From assembly GCA_009103225.1 (NCBI GenBank), contig RHPI01003516.1, positions 86,062-150,061 on the forward strand: a DNA stretch of 64,000 bases, written 5' to 3'. The notes under the pieces were generated by a model. That model saw only the letters and a list, made by a program, of their open reading frames with translations. It had not been told where the DNA came from and searched no databases. The position numbers and the translations under genes are program-made. This stretch comes from Chlorokybus atmophyticus (lineage: Eukaryota > Plantae > Mesostigma and Chlorokybus algae). Positions 12,633 through 24,400 of the stretch are shown here, piece by piece. The first letter of the stretch is position 1. Each line of letters begins with the position of its first letter.

Positions 12633-13195
12633 TGTAACGTGGGGCTTAGCCGACTAAGCCATGGTAGCAAAAGTCGCTGCCATGAGAGGTTGTGTATTGC
12701 TTATTAATGCTTCATAAGCCCTTCTTAGCCTATTCCACATTAACCGGCATTACATTCAACCCGGCTTTAACCGCGATTGTACCTGCACATCTTGGCCCTT
12801 CATGACCGGCAGGACTTGCTCGCGTCCGGTCATGACCAGCCATTAGCCATTACCGGTCATGCCGCGTAGTTTTCCGCGGCGACTTGCCACGTTGCCGCGC
12901 GCAGGAGCGACTCTGCGCGCCGACTCAGTCAGCTTCACCTCACAGCTTATTATTAACCATTCACACTAACTGCTTTGGATCGTTTCCGACGGTCGCCAAA
13001 AATCTACCCACTCGCGCGCATCTTGCGCCCGGTGGGATTTGATCCCGCGACCTTTAGAGCTCCGATTACCAATGTAACGCGGGACTTAGCCGATTAAGCC
13101 ATGGTAGCAAAAGTCGCTACCATGAGAGGTTGTGTATTGCTGAATGAATGCTTCATAAGCCCTTCTTAGCCTATTCCACATTAACCGGCAATACA
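12633..13195 (-). mobile_element. TRIM (563 bp)
   Basis: 122/123-bp direct repeats at 12633-12754 and 13073-13195 with TGTA...TACA ends, TSD TACAC/TATAC, PBS-like TGGTAATCGGAGC on the minus strand, and no ORF. Confidence 0.85.
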
Positions 13196-13824
13196 TATAC
13201 CCTTGCAAGACGACATGTATATACCAGAGCACCCACTTACGAAACGCCCTCTTACTTTGGTGTGAAAAAGCTTGGTATACGACTATCTGTTCGCAGTTGC
13301 TTGATTGCGCACACAATCTAACACAAGCTGACTTTTGTGCAGATCGTATATCATACAAGAGCGACAAACGCAACAAGGCCTATGTGGAGTTTTATGCTGC
13401 TGTAAACCAGGCGCATGGTGATGTTATCAAAGACATATATAGACCTTGAGATTCAGATGCATGTGAAAGGGAGCGTCTGGTACCAATACCAACTTGACGA
13501 AGCCGTAGTGATACCTTTTACGCCCTTCCGAGCCAGTTTGCATAATGCAGTTTTGCGGGTTTCCGAGCCTGAACGCTTCAGAGTTGTTCGCAGTACTAAA
13601 ACCATGCACGTCCAGCCACTTATCCATGATTAGATCTCCTAGTGATACACATTTTCTATCCCCCATGCCTTCACGAGGTTGAGCACAGACTGCAACACCC
13701 ACGTTAGGAGCGCAATTCCACACAGCCTAACAAGTGCTGTGACAATTGTCACACAGCCCCTATGTGGCTTTTACATTCTGCCAGTTGCTCTCTGGCCATG
13801 CGTTCACACAGTCCAAAAAACTTT

Positions 13825-15851
13825 GGACGGTCCAGGATGCGGGCCCGTCGTGCGGCCGTCTTGATCTCAATCTCTGCAAGGGGTCAGGTTAACGATCACC
13901 AACTCAGGCTCCTCCTCCTCTGCCCTATCGATGGCTGCAGATATAGACAAGCTAGTGACTATAGCGGGAGCGGCATGTGGAAAGACGGCTGCTGGACTAT
14001 GCAGCGACGCAGATGCTATGGTGCTGGCGAGCTCGCCATAGCCATCAATTCGATGCAGATCAGCAACAAACTTGCAGACATCGTGTGCTTCATGGTCCAT
14101 ATACCAAGCAGCAATGTGGAAAGAACTTATCTGATCAGTCTTTGTTCTTCAAAGCTTGATGTCACATCTTAAAATAGAACTTGATGATGAATTCGTCCAA
14201 CGAGGTGGTGCCAGCACGTCTGGAGAATCGCAGGGATGTGGTTGAGCTGGAAGACTCCATCTCGTAGTCATCGCTATCGGACGATTGTGGGAAAGCTCGA
14301 TGGCGAGGAGTAGATTGGAACGGTGGAAGCCGGAGACAGAATGCGAGCCTCTTCTACTGCGATTGCTGCTCTTGTCGCTGGTCCGCTCGTAGATGAGATC
14401 GGAGGTTGGGCTCCAGCTGCTAAGGTCACCCTCTATTAAAGAGAATGGGGTGTGTCACAGCCCATTCAACCACAAAAGACTTAGTGCTTTTATCATCGAT
14501 TTATGGTAATTTAACGTACCTTCCCGTTACATCCCCCCCACTTAAGAACGCTGACGTCCTCGGCAGCTGGCTCGCATCAGCTGGGGAAGCATCCCAGGGG
14601 TCTGATCAGGGTTGGTCACCGGCCCCACTGCCCAAGAACCGGCCAATGTAGGCCCATACCGATCAACGCGCGCATAGTGCGCCGCTGCCGGCCCCACAGG
14701 TCTCGTCGCCGCGATAGGTAGGTCGAGCCCTGCCGCACCGACTGAACTGGTCAGTTCGGCGCGACTGCCATTAGGCAAGTCGCGACCCATCGATAATGGC
14801 ACTTATAAAGTGACCATTTACGATGTTATTAGATGGAGAAACAATGACCGCGGAATTCGTGTGCAAGGCAGGAATCAAACCCGGGTCTCAAGCTCCGATG
14901 ACCAATGTCACAGCCCACTCGACCATAAAAGACTTGGTGCTTTTATGGTCGATTTGTGATAATCTAATTTACCTTCCCGTTACAGGGTGGGCCTGTTCAT
15001 ACTGCTAGTCTACAGGTGAAAGTGTATGCAAGGTAGAGTGCTTGTGCTCTACCGTCTGTCGTGATGCTGCTACCACTGACCACACTAGTGCTTGTGTGCA
15101 CACTATGTGACGACAGTGGCAACGCAAGCACGGAGATGTATCCCCAGGTACAGACTGCACTACATGATTCAGAATGCGACGCACTCACGGAAGCAAAGAG
15201 GATGACACTATGAGTAAACAAGCCACTACAATAGGTAGAGCTGTTTACAAAGTTCTTTGCAAGAGTGGATGATGTACTACACTGTGAAGTGAGGTGAATG
15301 AACAAGCAACTCAGAGATGCTTTGTTCTAATTGATGCAGCAAACACACCATCACCAAGCTTTCAACAATAGCAAGCACAGCGCACAAGAGAATACATTGT
15401 GTCTCACGTGGTAAGGCACTCCTTGGCAACCAGAGGCAATCCTTCCAGTTCAAGTCGCTTCACAAGCTCTTAAAGCCGGAGTCTCTGCTCTTAAAGTTCA
15501 CTCACAGGGTCATCAGCAAGTCTGATGACATGACATCTTACTTATATATGTTAAGTCATGACTGTGCAGTGCCACGCGAGCACCAGGCCAACGGTCACAT
15601 CGAGACCGTATGCTACCACGAAAATGTCTTAAGACCACATATAGCATTTGAGCTAATAATTGATTCCTAACTAATCAGCTACGCTTCCTACAGAGAGGTC
15701 TATAGAGTAGCCCTAGCTACATGCTACATGGAATACGAAGTAGCTAGCAGTGGACTGGGGCGCGCGCAGTCTTTATACTGGTAGCCCGGGCTTGGGGCTG
15801 GATGTAGGCATGCTCGAGGAGGACTAGCATGCGAGGGTATTTGGCATGACA
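13825..15851 (-). mobile_element. G-family copy 2: A end, leader and 5' gag, truncated
   Basis: Starts TGTCATGCC at 15851, has r at 15213-15226, and gag homology to 25336-26256. Interrupted by a TRIM. Confidence 0.85.
14453..14984 (-). mobile_element. TRIM (532 bp) inserted at the G gag start
   Basis: 79-bp repeats at 14453-14531 and 14906-14984, TSD GGGTG on both sides, PPT AGTGGGGGGA (minus, next to 14532) and PBS-like TGGTCATCGGAGC. Confidence 0.92.
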
Positions 15852-17163
15852 ACTGGATGCTGGTGTGCTTAGGGAGCATTATTTCTTTGTGCAGTATCCA
15901 AGTATCCCTGTCTTCCATTGTTTCCTTTGTATCATGGCAAGATTAAAAGCAACTAAGGTGACGTCCACACATTGCTTCTTGCCACAGGGGGTGATATCTC
16001 AAGGAGGTGCCATCCCAATCTCGGTGTCTGCCGGTACTCACCGCGTCTTTTACAATCAAAGACTCTTTTAAATGGTAAAGAGCAATGTATGGAGAAAATC
16101 TAAACACTGGCACATTGTATTACCTACTCGCTAACGAAAGGTTGGCAATGATGAGTCTTAAAGTTGAAGAGTATTTGCAAGCTTTTGCGCATAAGTTGTT
16201 TGAAAAGCTGCCGCGTGTGTGGCAGCGCTAACACCTGCAACACAAAGCGATGCTTGTATACTCCGCATCATTTGCATGTAGGCTCTTGAGCTGCCGGTTT
16301 AGTAATATTTAGTTTCAAGTAAGCACGGTTGTGGTGCCTAGTTTACAGCCTTCATCTTGCAGACAATGTCGGTAACAGCGGTGGTGAAGGCGTCCGTCGC
16401 AACCGGTGAAATCTTGCTTCACACTTCTTATACGAATTTGTTAGCCACAATATTAATCACACCGCGTATAGCATCAGCACAAGCACCACCACGGGTTATG
16501 CTGATCACTTTAGTAGTTCATGGGTCGACAGCAGGAGCATGGGGACCGTCCACATGCATACACGCACAGTTTTGCATCACCAACAAAAGAATTTGGCAAC
16601 AGCACAAACCGCTTATCCATGCTATGCGTTGAGCCGCACCCACCTTCGCCGTGTAGCGCCTCAGTTGCTTGAGCTCAACGCACAACCATTACATGCGCTA
16701 GACCTATAGCGCAGAACTGCAACTGGCGTGAAAAGTGATGACAGGACTGCAAACAGCGTTGTACATAGACGGCATCACAGCAATTGTGCACATGCACCAA
16801 TTACTGGTTGCCAGTGAGTACCACCCCGATCATTACCCCAAGCCTGCGCATTATTTATTCATGCAAACACAAGCACCTTGTCGTGCCTGTCATGGTCGAG
16901 GGCAACCTTGTCTCGGACAGGCTGCAGAGGAGTGCTAGTGCTGCACGCATGCTAGTGCCGTGCACTGCATTGGAGTCATGCAAGCAAAAGACAACCCCCC
17001 AATCGTGGGCATAGGCTTGAAGATGAGCCTACGCGGTGTTTAGTGCAGTGGACGAGCCGATGTTGCTCGCCACCTTTGTGTACAGACTGTGTCGTAGTGC
17101 ACACAGTCAACAAGCCACCCCCCCTGAGATTCTGGGGTAGCCCTCTGCTCCAGAACTCAGTTC

Positions 17164-20100
17164 CTACCGACTGTGTGGGGGACCGTTGATGCGGCAGTCA
17201 TCGCACCAGTACTCCCACAAGGGTACTGCGTCCAGTGGAGGGTCAAGGCAGTAGCAGTGCATGCCTTGATTACAGCCGTCGCATAACATCATCAATGGGT
17301 CGTCGTCGGCGCTGCCACACTTCTCGCATCGGGTGCTGCGCAGCGGACGCGGGTGCTGGATCTTGGTGAAGCCAGCAATGTAGGGGAGATGACAGGGCGC
17401 ACAGTTGACCATGTTGTCCTTCATGCGCTCGCCTCGTTGTCCCAACAGGTCCAGTACCCCTGTGGGGTGCACCTTCAATACCTTGTAAACAGCACGCCCG
17501 ACGGAGGTATCGAGGGTGTCGCGTGTAGACGCCATACGGTAGACGAAGTCTCCTGACTCGAAGCGGCGCTCCCGCTCCTTGTAGAAACCACTGCGCACAC
17601 GCTCGTAACGCAGCGTGTCGCGGTGCTGCGCGATGCGCAGGTTGTTGAAGGCCATGGGGACTGTGTGTTCGAACAGCGCACTGCGCACTGTCAGATCATA
17701 CAACATCTCGTCGGGGTTGTCGAGATTGTCCACCACTCTGTCGACCTCCTGCTGTGCGCGGAAAGGGAGCAATGGCTGCCTTCCGAACAGTAGATAGTAT
17801 GGGCTATACTCTCGCAGGGCTGCCTGCTTGGACAGCCGGTAGCCCATTGCTACCCATGGGAGGTGATCATCCCAGGTATTCTTCTCGTAGGCGAGGACGT
17901 ACTTGCGCAGTGCCTTCTTGATGGTCTGCACGGTACGCTCGGCGAGGCCGTCGGCCTGCGGGTGGTCGCGTGAGGTGCGACGGTGGTCGATGAAGCATCT
18001 GTCGATAAGCTTGTCGAAGGCTCCTCTGAACTCCGTACCCTGGTCGGTGATGACTTCAGCGCAGCTGCCGAAGCGTCCGAGTACATGGGAGAGGAAAGCC
18101 TGGGCTACTCCCTCACTGCTCTTGTCGGGCAGGGGCACCAGCTCCACCCACTTGGAGAAGTGCTCGATCATGACGAGGATGTAGCGGTTGCCTCGCGCTG
18201 AGGGCGCTAGGTCTCCGAGGATGTCCAGTCCCCAGCGGTAGAACAACCCGGAAATGGGAAGGGGATGCAAGGTGGCATTGCGCGTGTTGAGGCTGGCGCG
18301 AACCATGTCACACTGCTGACAGTTGCTGACGAACTCCCGCACCTGTCTGTGCACCCCATACCACCAGTACTGGGTCCTGACCAGGCTGACCGTGCGCTTG
18401 ACACCGAAGTGCCCGAGCTCGGTGTGAAGGGAGGAGATGATGCCTTCACGTGCAGCTGGTGTGGGGACCTCCTGATCTGCATCTTGTATCCGTCGATACA
18501 GCCTGTCGTTGGCCCAGCGGTAACGCTGAGTGCGTTGCCGGACGCGGTCCTTCTCGCGTGCGCTCATGCCTGCTGGAAGTTGTCCAGTCTGAAGCAGTGC
18601 GAGCGATGGCTCGTCCAGCCAGATGTCTTGTCGTGTGTCGGTGGGTGCCAGCTCCTCATCATCCACCTCAGGGTCGGCAGCGATTGCTTCTTCTGATAAA
18701 GGATCGGTGGTGGTGATGGCGGGCTCGAGAGCGGGCATGTCCCCGTCTGCTGCTGCCTCAGCGATCTGAGTCCTGCGTCCTGAGCGTAGCGCAGCGACAG
18801 CGAACATGGTGGCCACACCTGAAGGTGCAGCTGTAGGACCCAACTCATGTCGGGCGCCTGTGGCGTCGTTGGTGCTGAGGTGGGGGTTACGGCTGAGGCC
18901 ATCCGCATCCTGGTTGGCAAGGCCTGCGCGGTGTTCCACCTCGAAGTCGTACTCCTGGAGCAGCAGCGCCCATCGTGCTAACTTTCCTGTCAAGTGCTGG
19001 TTGTTCATTAGCCACTTGAGGGGTTGATGGTCAGTGACCAGTTGGAACTGCCGTCCAAACAGGAAGGGTCGGAAGAAGGAGATGGCCCACACTGCGGCGA
19101 GACACTCCCCTTCGTAACTGCTGTAGTTGGCCTCAGCACTGTTGTTGCTGCGGCTGGCGTACGACACTACGCGCTCCTTCTTGTTGTTGTCGTGCTGTAC
19201 GAGCACGGCCCCCATGCCGAGCTTGCTCCAGTCTGTGTGCAGGATGAACGACCTGGTGTAGTCAGGGCGTTGCAGAATGGGAGCTGTGGTGAGGCGGAGC
19301 TTCAGCTCCTGAAAGGCCTCCTGTTGTGCCTCCTTCCACAAGAACTCGGTGTCCTTCTTCAGTAGTTCGTTGAGAGGCCTTGCGATCTTGGCAAAGTCCT
19401 TGACAAACCGGCGGTAATAGTTGGCAAGGCCGAGGAAGGCCCGCAGCCGCGTGAGGTCTGTGGGGGCAGGGATAGCCACCAGTGCCTCCACTTTGGCCTG
19501 CTGTACGTACACACCATGGGGCACAATCATGTGTCCTAGGTAGGGTACCTTGTGGGTGAAGAAGGTGCACTTGTCAGGGTGCACCGTCATCCCGACTTCC
19601 TTCAGCCTCTGTAGCACCTCTTCGATGTGCTGGAGATGCTCCTCATTGCTGTGACTGAAGATGAGGATGTCGTCGATGTAGCAGCGCGCGAAGTCCAACC
19701 CCTTGAGGGCTTTGTCCATGACGCGCTGGAACTTGGCCGGAGCGTTCTTCAGTCCGAAGGGCATGACCTTCCACTGGTACAGCTGCCGGTTTCCCCAGAA
19801 GGAAGTCTTGTGCTTGTCCTCCTCCTTGATGGCGATCTGGTTGTACCCTTGGCGCATATCCAGGATACTAAAGACCGTGCAGTCTCCTACATCGTCAAAG
19901 ATGCCTTCTGCGGTAGGCATTGGATACCTGTCCTGCTTGGTCTTGTTGTTGAGGGGGCGATAGTCGCCACACATGCGCCGGTCTGTCCAGTTGCCTGCTG
20001 AATCTTTCTTCAGGGGCATGACGGTCGCGGCCGCAAAGTCCGATGTGGACTCCTCGATCAGGCCTGCATCTAGCAGCGCCTTGCACCTCTGTTCCACCAA

Positions 20101-21402
20101 GTCTTCTTCTAGCTTGGAGAGGCGGTACTGTCTTCTGAACACCGGTTCGGTGTCCACTAGTTCAATGTCCATCTGGTATGCTGAGCAGATGCCCAGCTCC
20201 TTCACACTGAAGCTGAATTGGCTCCTCCACTTGTTGAGGAGAGCCTCGAGTTGCTCTCGAGTCTGGCCTGTGGCCAGCGGTCCAATGGCGTGGGACCACG
20301 AGGTAGCGTTGGCGACCACTGGAATGTCTTCCACAGTGACTGCTGCCTGCTCCTCCATGTGGGCGGTCTCGAGGGCGGTGTGTGCTGCTTTGGTCTCTGA
20401 AAAGCGAGCAATCCACCCCCCAGCCAGGTGTTCGAGCTCCTGGAAGGACACATGGCGGTCCTGGAGAGCAAAGCACATTTCCAAGTACCACACCATGCTG
20501 TTCTGATCCATGGCGCGCCCCAACAACTGACATTGTTGACTGGTTGTCAGCGTGGAGCCTGTGATGCTGCTTGGAAAGAATCCCATAGCACGCTCGCGCT
20601 CGCGGGCATTGGGTTCTTCCAGCTGTCCAGTGTTGGAGTCCAACACCATGCCGTCGCCTGCATTGCGGAACGCGTAGGAGCCTGGATAGGATACAAGTGT
20701 GGGTAGCGCGCGGCGCGGCTGACCAGGCTGGTTGCACTGGTAGAAGTGGTGGTGGTCAAGGCGTGTGACTGGTTGCGCTGTGCGTCCAGGGTCCAGGATG
20801 TCATCGACGACGAGATTTCGTGGCCGATTGCTGTATAGGTACTCTGCCAGAAACAGGTCTTCCACAATGGCCAGGTTGGTCCACTTGGCGCGGACGCGGT
20901 GTGCACGAGATCCATGACGCGCGGCGTTGATTTTGAGAGGATGCCCCAGCAAGGAGCATACTTGCCGATAGGCCTTGGCGACGTGGTGCCGCTTGTCATC
21001 CTCGGAGTGCACATTCTCGATGATGTACCCCAAGGGTTTAGCGATCTGACTGATCTGTAGGAGTTTGATGACTCTCATTAGCTCCCAGAACAGCTGTGAG
21101 CGAGGATCCGAGAGCCCTTGGCCTCTGCCTGCCCTGGAGTGCCCTTGACACTCCCACCCTGCTATCAGCAGGTCAATGTTGCCGACTGCCTGCAGGTGAT
21201 CCTTGGTAATCCAGCGGATGTCCTGCGGTAGAGCCTTCTGGCTCCCTTGCAGTGCCGACAGCGGTAGCTGCTGCGGGTAGCGCTGGTGCAGCTGTCGTAA
21301 ATGATGGCTCAGAGCTTCCTGTGCATGAGGCATGAGGGTCAGGGTCACAGTAGAGGTACTTGGTGACTGTTGTTCCTGTGTTGAGGACAGCCGCAAGCCC
21401 AC
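17164..21402 (-). CDS. pol: G pol: C5 cytosine methyltransferase, RT, RNase H, integrase and PHD finger
   Basis: 1412-aa open frame with MTase motifs (GWECQ, ENV, RVRAKWTN, ERERAMGF), RT 'YIDDILIFS', RNase H 'LHTDWS...YEGECLA', IN HHCC plus D,D35E, and a C4HC3 PHD. Confidence 0.95.
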   Translation of the reverse strand: MGLRLSSTQEQQSPSTSTVTLTLMPHAQEALSHHLRQLHQRYPQQLPLSALQGSQKALPQDIRWITKDHLQAVGNIDLLIAGWECQGHSRAGRGQGLSDPRSQLFWELMRVIKLLQISQIAKPLGYIIENVHSEDDKRHHVAKAYRQVCSLLGHPLKINAARHGSRAHRVRAKWTNLAIVEDLFLAEYLYSNRPRNLVVDDILDPGRTAQPVTRLDHHHFYQCNQPGQPRRALPTLVSYPGSYAFRNAGDGMVLDSNTGQLEEPNARERERAMGFFPSSITGSTLTTSQQCQLLGRAMDQNSMVWYLEMCFALQDRHVSFQELEHLAGGWIARFSETKAAHTALETAHMEEQAAVTVEDIPVVANATSWSHAIGPLATGQTREQLEALLNKWRSQFSFSVKELGICSAYQMDIELVDTEPVFRRQYRLSKLEEDLVEQRCKALLDAGLIEESTSDFAAATVMPLKKDSAGNWTDRRMCGDYRPLNNKTKQDRYPMPTAEGIFDDVGDCTVFSILDMRQGYNQIAIKEEDKHKTSFWGNRQLYQWKVMPFGLKNAPAKFQRVMDKALKGLDFARCYIDDILIFSHSNEEHLQHIEEVLQRLKEVGMTVHPDKCTFFTHKVPYLGHMIVPHGVYVQQAKVEALVAIPAPTDLTRLRAFLGLANYYRRFVKDFAKIARPLNELLKKDTEFLWKEAQQEAFQELKLRLTTAPILQRPDYTRSFILHTDWSKLGMGAVLVQHDNNKKERVVSYASRSNNSAEANYSSYEGECLAAVWAISFFRPFLFGRQFQLVTDHQPLKWLMNNQHLTGKLARWALLLQEYDFEVEHRAGLANQDADGLSRNPHLSTNDATGARHELGPTAAPSGVATMFAVAALRSGRRTQIAEAAADGDMPALEPAITTTDPLSEEAIAADPEVDDEELAPTDTRQDIWLDEPSLALLQTGQLPAGMSAREKDRVRQRTQRYRWANDRLYRRIQDADQEVPTPAAREGIISSLHTELGHFGVKRTVSLVRTQYWWYGVHRQVREFVSNCQQCDMVRASLNTRNATLHPLPISGLFYRWGLDILGDLAPSARGNRYILVMIEHFSKWVELVPLPDKSSEGVAQAFLSHVLGRFGSCAEVITDQGTEFRGAFDKLIDRCFIDHRRTSRDHPQADGLAERTVQTIKKALRKYVLAYEKNTWDDHLPWVAMGYRLSKQAALREYSPYYLLFGRQPLLPFRAQQEVDRVVDNLDNPDEMLYDLTVRSALFEHTVPMAFNNLRIAQHRDTLRYERVRSGFYKERERRFESGDFVYRMASTRDTLDTSVGRAVYKVLKVHPTGVLDLLGQRGERMKDNMVNCAPCHLPYIAGFTKIQHPRPLRSTRCEKCGSADDDPLMMLCDGCNQGMHCYCLDPPLDAVPLWEYWCDDCRINGPPHSR

Positions 21403-24400
21403 TGCCTATGCCTCCGAACAGCTCCAGCACGGTGATGCCTTGTCGTCGGCGGAACATGTGGAACTCCACAACTCCCGTAGCTATGTGGTACTGATCCTGT
21501 ACTGTAGCCTGGTCTTTGTAGGCAGGGAAGTGTGCAGTGAGCTGAGGCCTGGTCAGCAGCATGTGTGCTGCTACTTGTGCGCTCCAGCGACGCTCGGATG
21601 GCTCCTGAAAGGCCACTTCTTTGGTGACAGTCTCCTGAGACTCATCGTACGGTGTAGGGGAGTCCTCTTCAGCGTTTAGGCTCGGGCTCGAGCTCGTTGC
21701 AGTTGTCCTTGGCTGCGTTCGGGCACGAGGCACACGTGAGCTTTTTGTAAGACTGTAGGTGGCTGCTGCAGCCGATCTTCGTTGCGAGCGGTCCTTGGCC
21801 ACCAGTTCGAGAGGTAGGAATCCCTGCTCCTCTCCATCGTCCTCATCCCAATGTGGTCGAAACCATGCCTGCTCAGTCCAGCAGTCCAGCCCCATGCCGA
21901 CAGGGAAGTTGCAGTCCTGTCCCAACAGTAGGTCAAAGGACCCGGCATCGGTGACCACACACCTTTGTACAATCTCGGTGCTGTGGGAAGGGTTTAGTCC
22001 GGTGAGGCGGATGCTCACAGCCTGCTTGGTAAGGCCGAGTACCTTGTCACGGTTGCCGGTTGCGGTGTCCAGCTGATAGGGACAGGGAAGCAGCTCAGCG
22101 CTGGTGATGCCGAGATCTCGTGCGAGGTAGCGCCCAATGATGACAGGCTGTGCTCCAGTGTCCAGCATCACGCATTTGGGTGCCCGCCCATTGACGGTCA
22201 CGTGCTTGCCTTGGTTGGCAATCATGGCTGCATTGGCGTTGATGCGCAGCCTCTTGAAGCGACGGAACCTCTTGCGTGGAGAGACTGTTGCTTTATTCTC
22301 ATCTGCGGGGCCTGACCGTAGGGCAGCCAGGGCTCCTCTGCCTGATGGATCTTGTGGGCCTCCTTGTCCTCGGCTTTGTCCAAACCGTCCTTGTCGCGGT
22401 TGCTGGTACACGCGTGGTGGCCTAGGCACTGGAGGTGCTGCTGCCACCTGTCCAAGTGGAGGTGCAGGAGGGTTGACCCTCTGTACAGCTGTTGTCATGC
22501 CAGGAGGAGTGGCCAGTGGCTGTGGCGGGAACCCTGGAGGACCTGGTGTTTGCGGGACTGCCTCTCGTGCAGCCTGCTCCTCTGCATAGGTCCATCGCAC
22601 AGCATGGGCTGCCTCTCTGACTAGTGTACCTTCCCATGTCGCCGTCGCATTGTTGTCCGCATCTATATAGCGATGGTTCTGAGGCATGGGCTGCAGGTAC
22701 ACTGCGCGTAGGAGCCGCGCTCTCATGTCGTGGGTGATGATGGGCACCCTGAGGATTACTGCCATGTAAGCATCCCATCTGCCGTTGACCACTCCCACTT
22801 CCAGCACTGTTATTGCTCGTGTGCGTACAGTGAGCTGGGTCTCTGGCTGTTGAACATGCTGCTCGTAAGCAGTGGCGATGCGCCTGCGCTGACGTCCTGC
22901 CTCCACCCCTGGCAAACTCAGTATCGCCTCCAGAGCTCCCTCCAGAGTGTCAGTGGCGGCGGAAGCCACTTCATCATAGGCTTGCCGTATGGAGCGAAGG
23001 AATGCGTCCACCCACGCTATTCTGGCGCCGAAAGCGAACAACGGGACTGCGGGATGGTTGGTAACCAGCCACGTCACTAACCGTGCGCGTGCCGCGTTGC
23101 CACTGTCTCGCATCCCAAGCATCTGCCGCAGTCCGATGCCTTCTTGCCGATGCAGCATGGTTGCTTGTCGCAACAGAGCAGTGCGTAGTTGTTGCTCTCC
23201 AACCAGTCCTGCTCCATCTCTTTGTGTACACCCTTGTGGTGTAAGGTAGCCCCTCCCTGGCTCCCTTTGGTCCTCAGGTAGATCCTCCACCAGCGCAGGC
23301 AGCAACGGGGCGATCACCCCCCTGGTTTGTTGAGCCAACGCCCTCGCTTGGTCAGAGTTGGTCCCGACGAAGAGCGGAGTGGTGCTGGAGGATGGACCAG
23401 CAGTTGGTGACTGAGGTATTGGTGCACGTGTAGCTTCAAGAGCTTGTTCACGTGCAGCAATGGCGGCAGCTTGATCCTGTCGCCAATGATATGCTTGTTC
23501 CAGTGCGTGGTAGCGCTGATGAAGACGAGCGGTTGTAGGAGGTCCGAGTGCTTCATCAGTGCCCAAAGGCAGGTCGGCTGCGTCGGCGATTCGCTGCTGG
23601 ATGGCGTCTCGGCGGTCCCGATACGTGTCCAACGGGCTGGGTTCAAAGGTGGTGGTTGGCATGCGTGCAGGCTGGCGCGGGGCGGTCTGCATGTTGTTGT
23701 GCAACGCCCAGAACAGCTGCAGAGCCAACTCCAACACTACAGGTGGGCTGTAGCTGATCAAGAACACCCTGTCACGCATCGGGGGTGCAGTGCCAGCAAG
23801 GATCTCATCTTCTAACTGGTGTTGAGTGAGTGCTGGAAGGGTGTGAACCTCTGGCAGCGGGAAGACGCGATCATCGCGGGCGACACGCGTGGTGCGCTCC
23901 CCCCCCCGACCGAAGGCGATGGTAGTGGGGTCTGCTCCGCGCAGGATGGTTTCCCATGCTCGTTCAGCTTGCTGACCAGTTGGGACAGCCTGAGTGACGT
24001 CGAGAGCGGGCAGAGTGGCTGCGCGCGTCGCTGCAGAGACAGCGGGCTCGACGATGGCCATTGTGGCAGTTGCGACGGTATCGGTCAGTGGTGCGAGAGT
24101 TGTCTCAACGCCCCCGGACAGAGGCGCTGCTGCAGTGGGAAGTGCACCGCCCACTGGTGCAGATTCGGTAGTGATGGCGGCTGCTGCCAGTGTGCTCACC
24201 AGCGTTGGCGTCACGGTGCCCACCGGTGTACCAGGTCGTGGTGCAACTGGAGTGGGTAATGCTGACGTTGATGGAGTCGATGTTGTAGCCGGTGTGGCTG
24301 TTGCTGCGGAGGCAGCACCACTGGTGGCTTCGGAGGAGGTGCCTGCTAATGTTGTTGCAGCTTCCCCTCGTGCTCGTCGTGATGGTTGCACGCGGGACGG

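Noticed and set aside
15852-16878. Possible minus-strand exons between two G copies
   Set aside because: Some splice-like sites, but frames contain stops and no family is recognisable.
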